Below are positions 12,904 through 26,660 of a DNA stretch of 64,000 nt, one piece after another. Made by a program: the position numbers and the translations under genes. The stretch comes from Octopus vulgaris (Eukaryota), in NCBI GenBank assembly GCA_951406725.2, contig OX597820.1:26846001-26910000 (forward strand), written 5' to 3'. The notes beneath the pieces are model-generated. The model was given only the letters and a program-made list of their open reading frames with translations, ran no database searches and was not told where the DNA came from. The number at the start of each line of letters is the position of its first letter. The first letter of the stretch is position 1.

Positions 12904-15248
12904 CTAAAACTTTATACATTGTTTCATCTGAAAAGTTTGTCAGAAAAAAAGAACAAAAATTAAATTTGGCCCCAAAACACCATAAAATACAATTCTCTGT
13001 TAAATAATTCCTTTGCCACTTGTTAAATATCTTTTATAGTCTTTCTTTTGAAGTGAAGTTTTTTTTTTCAAGTACAGAAGTAAATATGCTTTAGCATAAT
13101 AACAAATAAATATTTATTTCTCCAACATAAATAACTAACCAACTGCTTGCAACTAGACATATCAATCAATGTAACATAAGCACTATGTATTTCAAAGTAT
13201 GAGACTGAGTGTATATGGCAGGCGGGGAGGAGATTGATCATGATTTGTGATATTTATGTTTGTACAACAAACATTAATGTTTCCAGTACAAACAATATAG
13301 CGAAATATAAGTGAAATAGCCACAAATGGAAAGTAAGCATGGCCTGCAGACTCGATTTCCCAGATGCTTTTAGTACATATATGATACTGTGGTTGTCCAA
13401 TGCATATTACAATAAACAATAGTTGGCAAGTGATTAGTACTTATGATAATGAATCATTTGTGCATCCTATATGGGAAATAGCATGATGAAGAATAACTAA
13501 AAAGCAAAGTGATACTGTCATGTATATATATATATATATATATATATAAGTAATGACGAAAGGCAAACAGTTAGGCAATGCAGGACAGGGACATTGCCTA
13601 ATTGCGTAATTGTTTGCCATTACTCACTATTTTAACCTATAGCTACTGACTCAAAGAGATGCCACCTCCAGCCCTTCTTGAACAAGACAATCACACAATT
13701 ACAACTTCAATTGTTGTTCTAACTGGAAGTTTGGTGGCACACCTGTTTGAGCACTCAGAATGCACACCTATTAGTTTGAGTCATCCTGGTAAAAACTCCT
13801 CACATCGTATATATATATATATATATACAGAGAGAGAGAGAGAGATATGATGATGATGATATATATATATATGTTTGTGTATTGTATATACATTTGTAGT
13901 AGCACACACTCTTCGGAGAAACTTGCTGCACCAGGCCAAATACATTCATCTTGATGGCAAGATCATTTTTGCATATTCTAGAAACGGACGTTCAGATTTT
14001 AATTAAAATATAAGTATATATGCATAATTAAATAATCAAATTAAATAACCGAATTAGTTAGTCAGGATATTGAAGGAATAATATAAAAAAAAAGAGACAA
14101 TACTCCTGAATAACAATTGTAATTGGAAGGTCAATTTTCCAAATTGATCAATAAATTTTGAAAGAGTAGAAGAGAGTGAGAAAGTGTGAAGCAAATGAAA
14201 AAAAATTTGGTTTGAAAATTCTTACAAAGAATTAGAATTTGTAAAAAGGAAGTCATTTGAAATATCCTAGTGTTCAAGGAAAAGAAAATCAAAGAAGAAA
14301 TGTATTAACTAATATGCTTAATCACTGTTTGATCATCAATATTGCATCTGATCTATAAGAAATGGTATTGCTAATTAATGGGTTTGTTTTGTTTAAGAAA
14401 GTGCTATATAATTAAAATGTTTGCCAGTCAATCATAAAACTGATTCAGAAAATGAACATTTGTATCATATATATATATATATATATATGTATATCCCCTG
14501 GATATATATATGTGTGTATATGTATATGTATAGATTTACATATAAATATATATATGTATATATATGTGTATATATATAAATTTATATATATGCATATAGA
14601 CATATATGCATGCATATCTGTATATATATATATCCATAATGCATATATACACATGCATAAATACATACATGCATGCATGCATATATAAATACATGCATAC
14701 GTATACACACACATATATGTATATAGATATGTCTATATATATATATATATGCACACACACATACATTCATATTTCATATGCATATCTATGTATGTCAGTA
14801 TATATATGTATATATATTCATGTGTTTTTTTCAGTATAAGTATATATAAAATAATAAAACATTAATTAAATAACTCAAATCATAACTCAATATACAATAC
14901 CACATTTGAATATGCTTATCCATGTATCTTTTCCCTTGTTATTCCCTAATTTCAAATTCACTTTTGTGATTGTGCCTCATGTCATGAGGGGGTGGTTATT
15001 TCCCTTGTATTAATGGCCATAATTTGAGGGACCCCTCCCCTCCAATGTATCACATTTATTGTTGCAAGGAAAATATTGAAAGTTTTTTTTTATTCTTTTG
15101 ATGTCATGGGTTCTGCAGTTAGCCAGATATGGTTCCACTCCTTAAAATATGACGTCATTGTCCTTTTGCACACACACACACGCGCGCGCGCGCACACCGA
15201 TAGACACAAACACATGCGCACACACACACACACACACACGCAATTTAC

Positions 15249-15353
15249 CTGAAGATCTTGTATATCTGGAGGTGAAACTCAGAGTAGCAAGCGGCAGATT
15301 CAACCAAAATAAAATATAATTAATATCTACTATGGTATTGAGTACTCTTTTTC
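15249..15353 (-). other. Candidate 105-nt exon of an unidentified minus-strand transcript
   Basis: Acceptor cttttcag, donor CAG|gtaaat, length divisible by 3, open in phase 1 (KRVLNTIVDINYILFWLNLPLATLSFTSRYTRSS). No homology recognised. Confidence 0.25.
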
Positions 15354-15388
15354 CTGAAAAGTTGATACTAAACAGACATGTGTGAGAA

Positions 15389-15424
<36 letters not shown>

Positions 15425-16009
15425 TGTGTGTGTGTGTGTGTTTCTATGTGTGTGTATGTGAGGGAGTGGAAGAGAGAGAGAAAGAAGGCAAGAATGACCC
15501 ACCATAGTTGTTTTCAAAACGATTAGAGACAAACAAGGAGATTACAGAAAATAACATAAGACAAATGATGTATTTGAAGAAATAAAAAAAAGCACACTAA
15601 ATACTCAAATAGAAGATATCATTAAGTGAAAGAATTTCCAGCCGTTTTGACAAAGCAAAAATTACATTTGTTTTGATAAAAGGATAGATGTCACTACAAT
15701 CTTTTCCCGTTGTGTGCAAATGGCATTTATATGCCAATATGCTATCTTGCAGATAGCGTGTTAGTGCTTGTGTATATGTGCAAGTGTATATATATGTATA
15801 CATACACATATATATAAATATATACACACACACATATATATGTGTCTACATATGTATATATATGTATAAACTCATACATACATACATGCATATATATATA
15901 TATTTATACACGTACATACATACATATTTACAACTACGTTGTTAGCTAAGCTCTGCATTCATTGAATTTTAGTACATAGAAAATCACACCAAGTTCACTA
16001 GAGTGGGAG

Positions 16010-17250
16010 AGCTACAGAATTAGCTTGGATGTGACAAAAATTTCAGGTTTCCATTGTGCATTGACAACAGATGTCTTGTTTGCATTTTTTACGTCAGCAC
16101 CACTCGGTTTGTCACCTGTGGAATCTAACACCTAAGCGATTTCAGATGCTAAGTCATTAAGTTTGTGCCTGAAGTGTGGGTGTGTGTCAGTCAGCATTGG
16201 TACTGAGCTGAGGGAATATTGTCATTTTGAGCAAGGAAGGGTTGTCTATCCTGCGTTTCCATGTAAGTCCATTAGAATTTAAGTTGTCTTTCTGGTTATT
16301 GGGGCTATTTAAAGCTCATTAACTGGACGTTGTTTTGATAGAAACAATATGGTACGAATAAGTTTCCTGTTGGTAGATAGTTGTGGTAGTATACACAGAT
16401 CCTTAAATTACAAGTTCAAAATGAATAGGGAGAAGTACTATCAAGGATGCCCCATTTGATGTTGGTAAAAAATGCATTTCCATCACCCCAGAGTCTCCTG
16501 TGGAATCAAAACTGGTGGGTGGAGATTTACAGCTTTCAGTACCTGAAGGATCACTTGCGTAAATTTTCTCTTGAAGTCAATGACTGTCAAGCCCATGTAG
16601 TTTCCTTGCGTACCTTAAAGTAGTGTGAGTACAGTTTTTGAGAATCAGGATCTCCCCAATGGACACTTGGTAGAATTACAATAATTACATATTAGGATAT
16701 GGCTGAGGTTTATGTATCGGAGTGTTCTTCTTTGTTGTAGTGTGCGATGCTGAAAGCCATTTTATCTAGGCATGAGTAACTAATCTTAGTATTGTGGTAA
16801 CTAAAACGTTTGTGGTAGTTCCCTTTGCTTGGAAAATGTCTAATTAAAGACATCAGCGTCTAGCTATATCCATGGCAATATCTGGATTGCATGGCGGATT
16901 AAACCAGTCCACCTTTATAACTTTTATCTGAATTGGGGTACACTAACTTCATTTTAAAGCCTCATCTCACTGAACTTCGTTACAATAGCATACAGCCCCC
17001 ACTGAAAATCTTTCTCTCACTGCCATTTATTAGATTACTATCATAGCAGGGTGGCGGTTGTTGAACTTCCTATGTATGTAATTTTTCCTCGTTAGCTTTT
17101 CTGTTGGAGTATAATTGCCAATCTTCAAGAGTTGACTTTGCTTGAGGAGTTATGACAGTTGTATATTAGGACGAAATCTTTGAAGTTATCTATTAAGTTT
17201 TCCTGAAGTTCCATAACGTCGCGGTACATATTTTTGAGATTCTCTAAATA
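16010..17250 (-). mobile_element. Decayed Penelope-like retroelement, Naiad-type (RT thumb, zinc-finger linker, GIY-YIG nuclease)
   Basis: Frameshifted translation gives GNYTP.RKAN..YIHRKFNNRHP, KVDWFNPPCNPDIAMDI, RHFPSKGNYHKRFSYHNTKISYSCLDKM, CNYCNSTKCPLGRS*, NYMGLTVIDFKRK and IKW.ILDSTSPYS, in the expected order. Confidence 0.8.
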
Positions 17251-17714
17251 TACCAAGTAACTTCATGTAATAGATATATGTTTAACCCTAATGCCAATGG
17301 CACATTTGTAAGCAATGTCATGTCTCAAAGTTGTTAAATTCTAGAGGGAGCAGATAAAATGGCGCCGCTGGACAAATACCCTCTACCACGTGAAAGACAA
17401 AATATTCACAGGTGTTGTCGCTACATTGTTCTGAAAAATTTGAACTCAAGTGACTAAAGGAAGCAAACAACAATCTCCAATTCCAAGGTATTTTCGTTTC
17501 TCTTCATTTGTATCCTGCTCACCTGTTGAGTCAGACGCGATATTCATCTACGAAATTTTGAGTCATGGAGGGTATGAGATAACCATTGAATGAATATTTC
17601 TTAATTACCTTTTCATTCGTTTGTACACCCACCTGAATATATTTATACACATACATAAACACTTAGATACATATTTACATGTCAATGAAAACTGTATAAT
17701 TATATGTATGTATG

Positions 17715-17749
<35 letters not shown>

Positions 17750-18337
17750 GTGAATGTATGTGTATATATGCATATACACCTAGATATATACTTATGTGTA
17801 TGTACGGAGTACATACATACACACTCATTTATATATCTGGATATATTTGTATGAAGATACATATTTGTATTTGTGTACGTGTGCACATATATGCGCACAC
17901 ACACACACGCACACACAAACACACACGCATGCACGCGTGCGCTCACACACACACATACACATATCTATATGTATGCGTTGCTTCGTTTCAGTTGTCAGGT
18001 AATGGCTCATTTTGAATTCTCTCCTTCCATATATACTAATATATATTCCATATATATACTAATATATATATTAGTAGTGCTCAAGAGGTTGTATATCGGC
18101 CTGCCTAACTTGCTTTATCCTTATATTTACTTATATATATATAATTAGAGGTTAATTTAGCCTTATTAAAGGATAAAAATATCCAATGAATTACCCGTTC
18201 ATTGCCTATTATTTTTTTGTGAATCATGATATTCATAACATAATAGGTCTAAATAGGTTTATAAATATTCAAAAGAAAATTCAGAAAATGGAGATATAGC
18301 ATTAATAGAATTTATTAAATGCAAAAATCCAACATAT

Positions 18338-18419
18338 TCTCTTACAGCTGTTTCAGTTTTGCCTAAAGATTAAATCACAATATTTAAAATGTTGTATTAG
18401 GTACAATCTCATCAGAGGG
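18338..18419 (-). ncRNA. Type I minimal hammerhead ribozyme (Penelope-type), partly degenerate
   Basis: CUGAUGA (18415-18409), long imperfect stem II, GAAA (18354-18351), palindromic CAGCUG, then UA. Stem I has a mismatch. Confidence 0.6.
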
Positions 18420-18667
18420 GTAGAAAAGATATACCGTTAGGTTATTACGTGTTGTAATAATGAGGATAATCTGGTGCTTGACTGAGGAAAGAAAACTTCT
18501 TTGTTTCTTTGTATCGTCTATCTAGATATTGTCCCTTTTAGTATCACCTAGCTGTCCGGGTGTTTTGCGTTCTTGTCCAATTTTGTATTATATATATATA
18601 TATACACACATATATACACGCACACACATATATATATACACACATATATACACACACATATATATAC

Positions 18668-18724
<57 letters not shown>

Positions 18725-19276
18725 TGTCACAATAGAAATTATTAATTCACATGCATCTGTGGAAATTAACACCATGTAAACTGGACTGCTTTTTGTATGT
18801 ATGTGCAAATATTTAATGCCTTGCATAATACTGTGGTATTATGCTGGTCCCTAGTTTTGCTACTATATTGCTAATTATGTGATATATGTATTGTTTTATT
18901 AGTATTAAAGTTATTAGAAATAAGAACAATGATGTTGGTAGCATTAATGATATTGATAACAGTATTGATGTTAACATTAATGACTTTTTGTAAATTAATA
19001 TAAGGTAATACTGACTCTATATATCTGCATTGAAGTATGAATATGTCTACGTTCTCTACATTGTAATATCTTAATATTAATTTGAAAAACATTGAATTTG
19101 GAACATATATATATATTTTATTGATTTATATTATTTGTATTATTATGTATATGTATATGTATATGTGTATGTATAAGAGTATGAGTATATGCACTCATAT
19201 ATATATGTAAATGATTTTTTATGGGTATGTACCCACACTTATATGAGTATATATGTAATTTGGTTTATACTTTAGA

Positions 19277-19403
19277 ATCTCCGAAGAGGCCTTAAGATAT
19301 ATTTGTAAATGTCTCATTTTTGACTCCATATTGGCATACTATACATGGCTAATATGGGTAAAATGAGGCATATTTATCTGCATGGCCGAAACAGCTGTAA
19401 GAT
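19277..19403 (+). ncRNA. Type I hammerhead-like motif with CCGAAGA core and ~100-nt stem II
   Basis: AUCU-CCGAAGA-GGCC...GGCC-GAAA-CAGCUG-UA-AGAU. The insert folds via aaatgtctcatttt/aaaatgaggcatattt and catattggc/gctaatatg. Confidence 0.65.
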
Positions 19404-19807
19404 ATAGTGTATATTTATATTTATATCTATTTATATTTATTTGTTTATATCCTCTTATAATGATTGTACCTATTGTATTGTATTACTCATTCATGTACTC
19501 TGTTTTGTTTAACCTTAATGTTCTTATGTAGTGGTTCAATAAAGTATGTGATTGGGTATTATCTGGTAGTTGATTAATGATTTAGATGTATTTCTCCATT
19601 TTCTGATTTTGTATATATATATACATATATACATACATACATATATATATATACATATATACATACATACATATATATACATATATACATACGTACATAC
19701 ATATATATATATATATACATACATACATACATATATATATACATACATACATACATATATATATATATTCACATACATACATTACACACACACACACACA
19801 CACACAC

Positions 19808-19870
<63 letters not shown>

Positions 19871-20676
19871 CTGATGTGTTGTTGGGGAAATGCTACCTCT
19901 ATTTCTTCCTGAGAAAAGGAACAAGTTCTTTGAAATTGGTCTGTACATCTTTCACTGTCAATAATATTTTCATCAGAGATCATAAATAAATCAGATAGTT
20001 GCCTATCAGACTGCATGATGTTTTCAAATTGCTTACCATTAACTTTAAGTGATTTTTCTGATATTAAGTATGACAGTACCTAGATTGGTCCGATCCAAAT
20101 TGTCACAAGCCTAACGTTTTGTTTTCAAAACTCTATTGATTTGCCGATGTAATTTAATTGTATATCACATCTTTGTAAAAATGATATATTCATCAATGAA
20201 ATAAGTGCAACGGTGCCGAGAATAAACATGAAAATATTTCCATTCTTGTATGTTTCAACTTGTACGTACATATGTGTGTGTGTGTGAGCATATATATTTG
20301 TATGCAGGTATTACACATACACATATGTTTATATACGTGGATACACATGTACATACATAGTAGTATGATATACATACATGTATATGTACCTGTGTGTATA
20401 TATAAGTATATATATATATATATATTTGTGTATATACATATATGCATACACACACATACATATATATGTATACATGTATGTATATAGATGTATATATATG
20501 TGTGTGTATATAAATATTCACTCTCATATTTATGTATATATATATGCCCATATTTTTTTCTCATTAACATATAGATATATGTACATACAAGTATATACAT
20601 ATACGTATAGTGTGTGTGTGTGTGTGTGTGTGTATACGTGAATATATATCTATATAAATATCTATATAACCTGTTG

Positions 20677-20939
20677 TGTCTGGGGAGAGTCATTCTCTTT
20701 TAGTGCCTTATAAATTAACACACTCACCAGTAAAATTTACACTAATTAACTAATTTATTTTTCTAAAATTTTCCTTGTTGTTGACTGTTTTCCAATAGTT
20801 GTTGACTGTTGAGAATCAACAACTATAAAAAAGGTTTCAAGACGCAACGAAAATTTTAGAAAAATAAGTAAATGAGTGGAAATTTTACCGGTGGGTGTGT
20901 TAAGTAATAAGGCACTAAAAGAGAATGACTCTGCAGACA
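20677..20939. repeat. Long imperfect inverted repeat embedded in (TA)n (probably Penelope-derived)
   Basis: gagtcattctcttttagtgcctta...ttctaaaatttt mirrors aaaattttagaa...taaggcactaaaagagaatgactc. Confidence 0.85.
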
Positions 20940-21016
20940 GAAAAGAATATGCTTCAACGCACGAACTAACATAAAAAAATCTTGCAAACCAAATCCAAAA
21001 ACGAAATATCTATATA

Positions 21017-21069
<53 letters not shown>

Positions 21070-22475
21070 CTCTGCACGTGTTTTATAATAAAACCAATAT
21101 TCGTATCTATATGAATATTTGTTTCACAAATGGAGAAAATATTGCAAACATTTTCCTGTGTAGTAAAATGCAACACTTTACGTGTGACCTTAACTTTATG
21201 CTTGAAATCTGAAAGTCTAAAAATATTTCTTTTATTCTAATGATTCTTAAGTCTTATGTAGTCTATCTTATGCAATATATACTATAGAAGTTTGTAGCTT
21301 TCTGATAAGTGAGACATTCATATTTGATGTGTGGACAGGGGGCACATTTTGTAATTTTAGAAATAAATTAAAATAAAATAACACACAAAAAACAAGAATA
21401 GAAATAAACCATTTCTTAATACTTCTTAAACATACGTAAATAAATAAATAAATATATATATATATATGTGTGTGTGTATGTATATATATATATTTAAACA
21501 TATACTCTCATATAGATATATGTAAATATATATATATATGTATATATATACATATATATGTATATATACATATAGAGATATATATATATATATATAGATA
21601 TATATAAGCATCAATATACATGCATTTACATATGTATTCATATGCATACATATATATGTATACATAAATACACATACATATTTATAAATATATATACATA
21701 TATATACATAAACAGTTACTTATGTATATACATACATACATACATATATATATATAAGTACTTATATACGTTAGAAAGAAACAATAAATAACAAAAATAA
21801 AAAATAACAACAAAAGATTAATTATTTATTCATCCTTGGGCCACACAGTTGTGTGTAACAGAAGATTTATTCATAGTTTCTCACATGACCTTTAATTTCA
21901 AAATGGCATATGTAAAAAATATATATATATGTATGTGCGTGTATGTGTGTGTATGTATGAATAAAATTTTAAAAACAAAAACAGAAAAAAATTTATATTT
22001 GGCTAAAATTATATGTAATTTTACAGCGCCCCAACTAATGTTAGTATTGAAAAAAAAATAACAAGCTTAAATTTTCTTAAGAGATTAACATCATAGAAAA
22101 CAACCAAAAAACAGAACAAAACAAACAGAAAATAAAGAAACAACAGCAGTTAAATTCTAGATTAACCGCAAAGAATTTTATTAAATGATTTTAGCCATTA
22201 TAAGCACGGGGTTGAGACGAAAATGTGCAACAGGCTCAATGATGGAATTTTAATCTTTTATCTATCATTTGTCTGTTGATTGCTTTACTGCTTATGCTAT
22301 GGAGCGTCTTCCATTGCCATCATCTCGTACTAGATTCTATAAATTTATATAATTCAGTTGTATATATATAACAAATATTTTATTTACTATACACAATACA
22401 TTTATATATTTATGTACTGTTTTAATATTTTACTATATGTATATATATATAATGCTATCAAATGCATTAATACTA

Positions 22476-22667
22476 CAGGGTGTTCATAATTATTTTTACA
22501 ACATCCACAACTTAATGTATTGAAGCTGAGTTTGGTTGACGTTCTGATGCTTCTAATAAAATTTTATTCCTTTGCCTATGTTTTCCATTAAGTTTTGATG
22601 AGTTATCCTTATTTCTAATCTTTCATCTGAATTTTTTAGATTGTAAAGATAATTTACGGACACCCAA
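22476..22667. mobile_element. Tc1/mariner-type MITE
   Basis: Imperfect TIRs cagggtgttcataattatttttaca / tgtaaagataatttacggacaccc, flanked by TA. Confidence 0.55.
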
Positions 22668-23752
22668 TATATATGTGTTAAATATATAATCTGATATACT
22701 TAGTTACTATATATAATATAATTAGATACTATATATATTACAAATTTATATATGGTTACTATACATAATATATATTAATATAATTAATCATTGTATATAA
22801 TAAATTGATATATTTTCTAATTATATATAATATATTTGTATATTTAATTTTCTATATGTATATAACAAATACATATAAATCATTACTATACTTAATAAAT
22901 ATATGCAGGAACTATATAAGTATATATAATTAGCTAATCTATATATATGTGTGTATATAATTAGGCAATATATATATGTATGCATGTATATATATATATG
23001 TATATATGTTAATTCTATATACTTAAGTAACTATATATAATAAAGTTTTGTTATTAGATACTATAATTAATATATTTATATAAGTACATATTATATATTA
23101 TAAATGTACATAATTAAGGACTATAAATTTATATGACCTAATCTGTGATGATGGACTGGGAGGCACTTAGTGGAAATGATAATGAAGTCACTCAGGAAGC
23201 AAGCGATATATAGTTTGAGTCCTGTTAGTGGACTAGTTACCCTGTTTTCTGTCACAAATATGTACATATAACGTCTAACGTCAAACAACAGCAATGAATT
23301 GGTGGGGAATGTTAAAATAATCAATAAAAAAAAGAAAGAAAACCAAGATTCATATATTCATATATTCTTCACTTTAAAATGAGAAGTAAAAAAAAAATGA
23401 TTAAGAAAAATGAATTTAAAGAATGCAGAAAGATAAAGGAATTAGGGTACCATTAGATTTGTGGATACTTAAACTTCTTTCTTTCATGCTTCATAATTTC
23501 ATTTGTGTCATTGCTATTCTAATTCCTAACTGACTGTGAAATATTCTGTTCAGATTTCTATTGATATATATGAGTGCATATGCACATGCATGTATGTATG
23601 CATGTATGTATGTATGTATGTATGTATGTATGTATGTATGTATGTATGTATGTATGTATGTATGTATGTACATATATATGTAAACATACATACATAAATA
23701 TGTGTGCATGTGTACAATTATACGTATGTATACATACATATATACATACATA

Positions 23753-23790
<38 letters not shown>

Positions 23791-24133
23791 CAAACAAACA
23801 AACAGACGCGTACACATTTTCATCCACAGAGATATGATGTATGTAGTTACGTATATTTTTTTAGGATTCTTAGAATTCATTAAAAAATTCATTTCTAATG
23901 CAGAACTTTTAACTTTCAACCACTATGGTGTTTTATGTAATGCACCAAAAATCCTAAAATTGCATTAAACTCTGACATGAAGTGTAATATCTTCAATTCC
24001 AGAGTAATGTTTGTGACATATGTACATAAATACATACATACATGAATACATACATATACATACATACATACATACATATACATGTGTATACACACACACA
24101 CAGACACATATATATATATATACATACAAACAC

Positions 24134-24189
<56 letters not shown>

Positions 24190-24579
24190 TAAGAATAAGG
24201 AATCTGAATAAGGGATATAGGCTGGCTGATTGAGATGTAGCATGTAGAGTATTGAAATTGGAAAAAAAATTGAAAGAATAAAAAAGTTTTTATACTATAG
24301 AAGTTATTCATCTTAGAATTCTAGAACAGGTATGGAATATTAATATAAGTGTATATAAAAAGAAAAAAAACAAGATGCTTTCCCTTTGTTTTTTTTTTGT
24401 TTCAATGTGTGAGCTACGAAAATTGGCAAAGATTTTGGAGAAGTTTTCTATTCATTTAATCATATTGATATTGTTGCCTGTAATTTTTGCATTTATTTGT
24501 AAAATTCTGCTTTTGTCTATAAGAATTGTTAACTCATTTTATTTTTCAGATTTTATAAATTTTGGAAATGAAAATCTAA

Positions 24580-24637
<58 letters not shown>

Positions 24638-25160
24638 ACATATATATATGTACATATATATATGTAATGGGAAACAAATTGACAATTCAGTGAAAATTAA
24701 AAGTTTGGAAAAAAATAAAAAAATAAAAATGTTAAAATTTGAAGGAATTTTTAATTCAAAATCATAATAGTAATATGAAGATGTAAAAGAGAAACAAGAA
24801 AAACAAGAAAAACTATTGAAATATAGAAGAGAAATCAGGAAAAATAGGGTAAGAAACTACCACCGAAAAAAAAGTACAAAACAAAAAAAAATTAATTAAA
24901 GGGAGGCAACTCTCATGAATTTTTTTTTATAAAAAAAAAATGAATATTTTTTGTCAAGATGGGAATTTTTCTTAAAGAAATTCTTAGTCATTTAAACTGC
25001 AAAGAATGAAAGTTTTTTTTGCAAATCAATTAATATGAATATCATTATTATTATCATTATTATTATATTTTAATATTATTTTTCAATTTAGCTTTATAGA
25101 ATATATATACATATATATATATGTGTATATATATATATATAAAAATGTATATATATTATG

Positions 25161-25301
<141 letters not shown>

Positions 25302-25372
25302 TTTTCTTCCTTCTATTTCTTGACCAAAACCAATTGAAAAAAAATAAGAAAACAATTTTAAGATTTGTTCCG

Positions 25373-25558
25373 TCAAGGCGGACAAATTGCATCGACTGTT
25401 AACATTTGACGCAGGTCATCATCATCCAAGCAGCCAGTTATGAATTCTTCTTTTGACAATACACCGTCGTTATTCACGTCCATTTTATGAAAGATACTTT
25501 CTGTACGCTTTTCTGGTGGTTCCTGGCTATCTGTACATCCTAACATTTCGTAAATTGC
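25373..25558 (-). CDS. NCS2: Neuronal calcium sensor (NCS-2-like), last coding exon (EF4)
   Basis: Acceptor ctctttatag. [61 protein letters not shown]. Joins in phase 0 to exon 31799-32071. Confidence 0.95.
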   Translation of the reverse strand, partial: AIYEMLGCTDSQEPPEKRTESIFHKMDVNNDGVLSKEEFITGCLDDDDLRQMLTVDAICPP

Positions 25559-25699
25559 CTATAAAGAGAAAAGTAAGAAAAGATTTATATATAAAGGAAA
25601 TAGAACAATTAAGCAAGCATATCATATTGTGTGTGCGTATATATATATATTTACGTATGTACACATATATATGTACACACACACACACACACATATATA

Positions 25700-26180
25700 T
25701 CATCATCATCATCATCGTTTAACGTCCGTTTTCCGCGCTAGCACGGGTTGGATGGTTCGACCGGGGTCTGGGAAGACATGGGCTGCACCAGGCTCCAGTC
25801 TGATCTGGCAGAGTTTCTACAGCTGGATGCCCTTCCTAACGCCAACCACTCCGCGAGTGTAGTGGGTGCTTTTTACGTGCCACCTGCACAGGTGCCAGGG
25901 GGTCCGGCATCGGCCACGATCGGTTGGAGCTTTTTACGTGCCACCGGCACGGAAGCCAGCCAAGGCAGTGCTGGCAACGGCCACGTTCGGATTGTGCTTT
26001 TTATGTGCCACCGGCACAGAAGCTAGTCAGGGCGGCGCTGGCATTGGCCACGTTCGGATGGTGCTTTTTATGTGCTACCAGCACAGAAGCCAGTCGAGGC
26101 GGCGCTGGCAACGGCCACGTATGGATGGTGCTTTTTATGTGCCACCGGCACAGGTATCACAACTACTATTTCCATTGATA
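25700..26180 (-). mobile_element. RTE-tailed SINE-like element with (GAT)n tail and internal 67-bp minisatellite
   Basis: (cat)n-cgtttaacgtccg...ggatgcccttcctaacgccaacc tail. Units start at 25866, 25927, 25994, 26061 and 26128. Confidence 0.7.
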
Positions 26181-26282
26181 TTTATTTATATATAATAAAG
26201 GGTAAAATAAATTAATTAATTAATAATTGATCATTTTACCAATAGTTCGGTATGTTAAGAACCATTATCTGCAAACTTATAC

Positions 26283-26660
<378 letters not shown>

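Noticed and set aside
19870-20120. Possible decayed TE coding fragment between (TA)n tracts
   Set aside because: No motif could be recognised with confidence.
25866-26155. CRISPR-like array (conserved ~24-nt hairpin repeat at 67-bp period)
   Set aside because: Spacers are homologous to one another, the array lies in a SINE, the context is eukaryotic and there are no cas genes.
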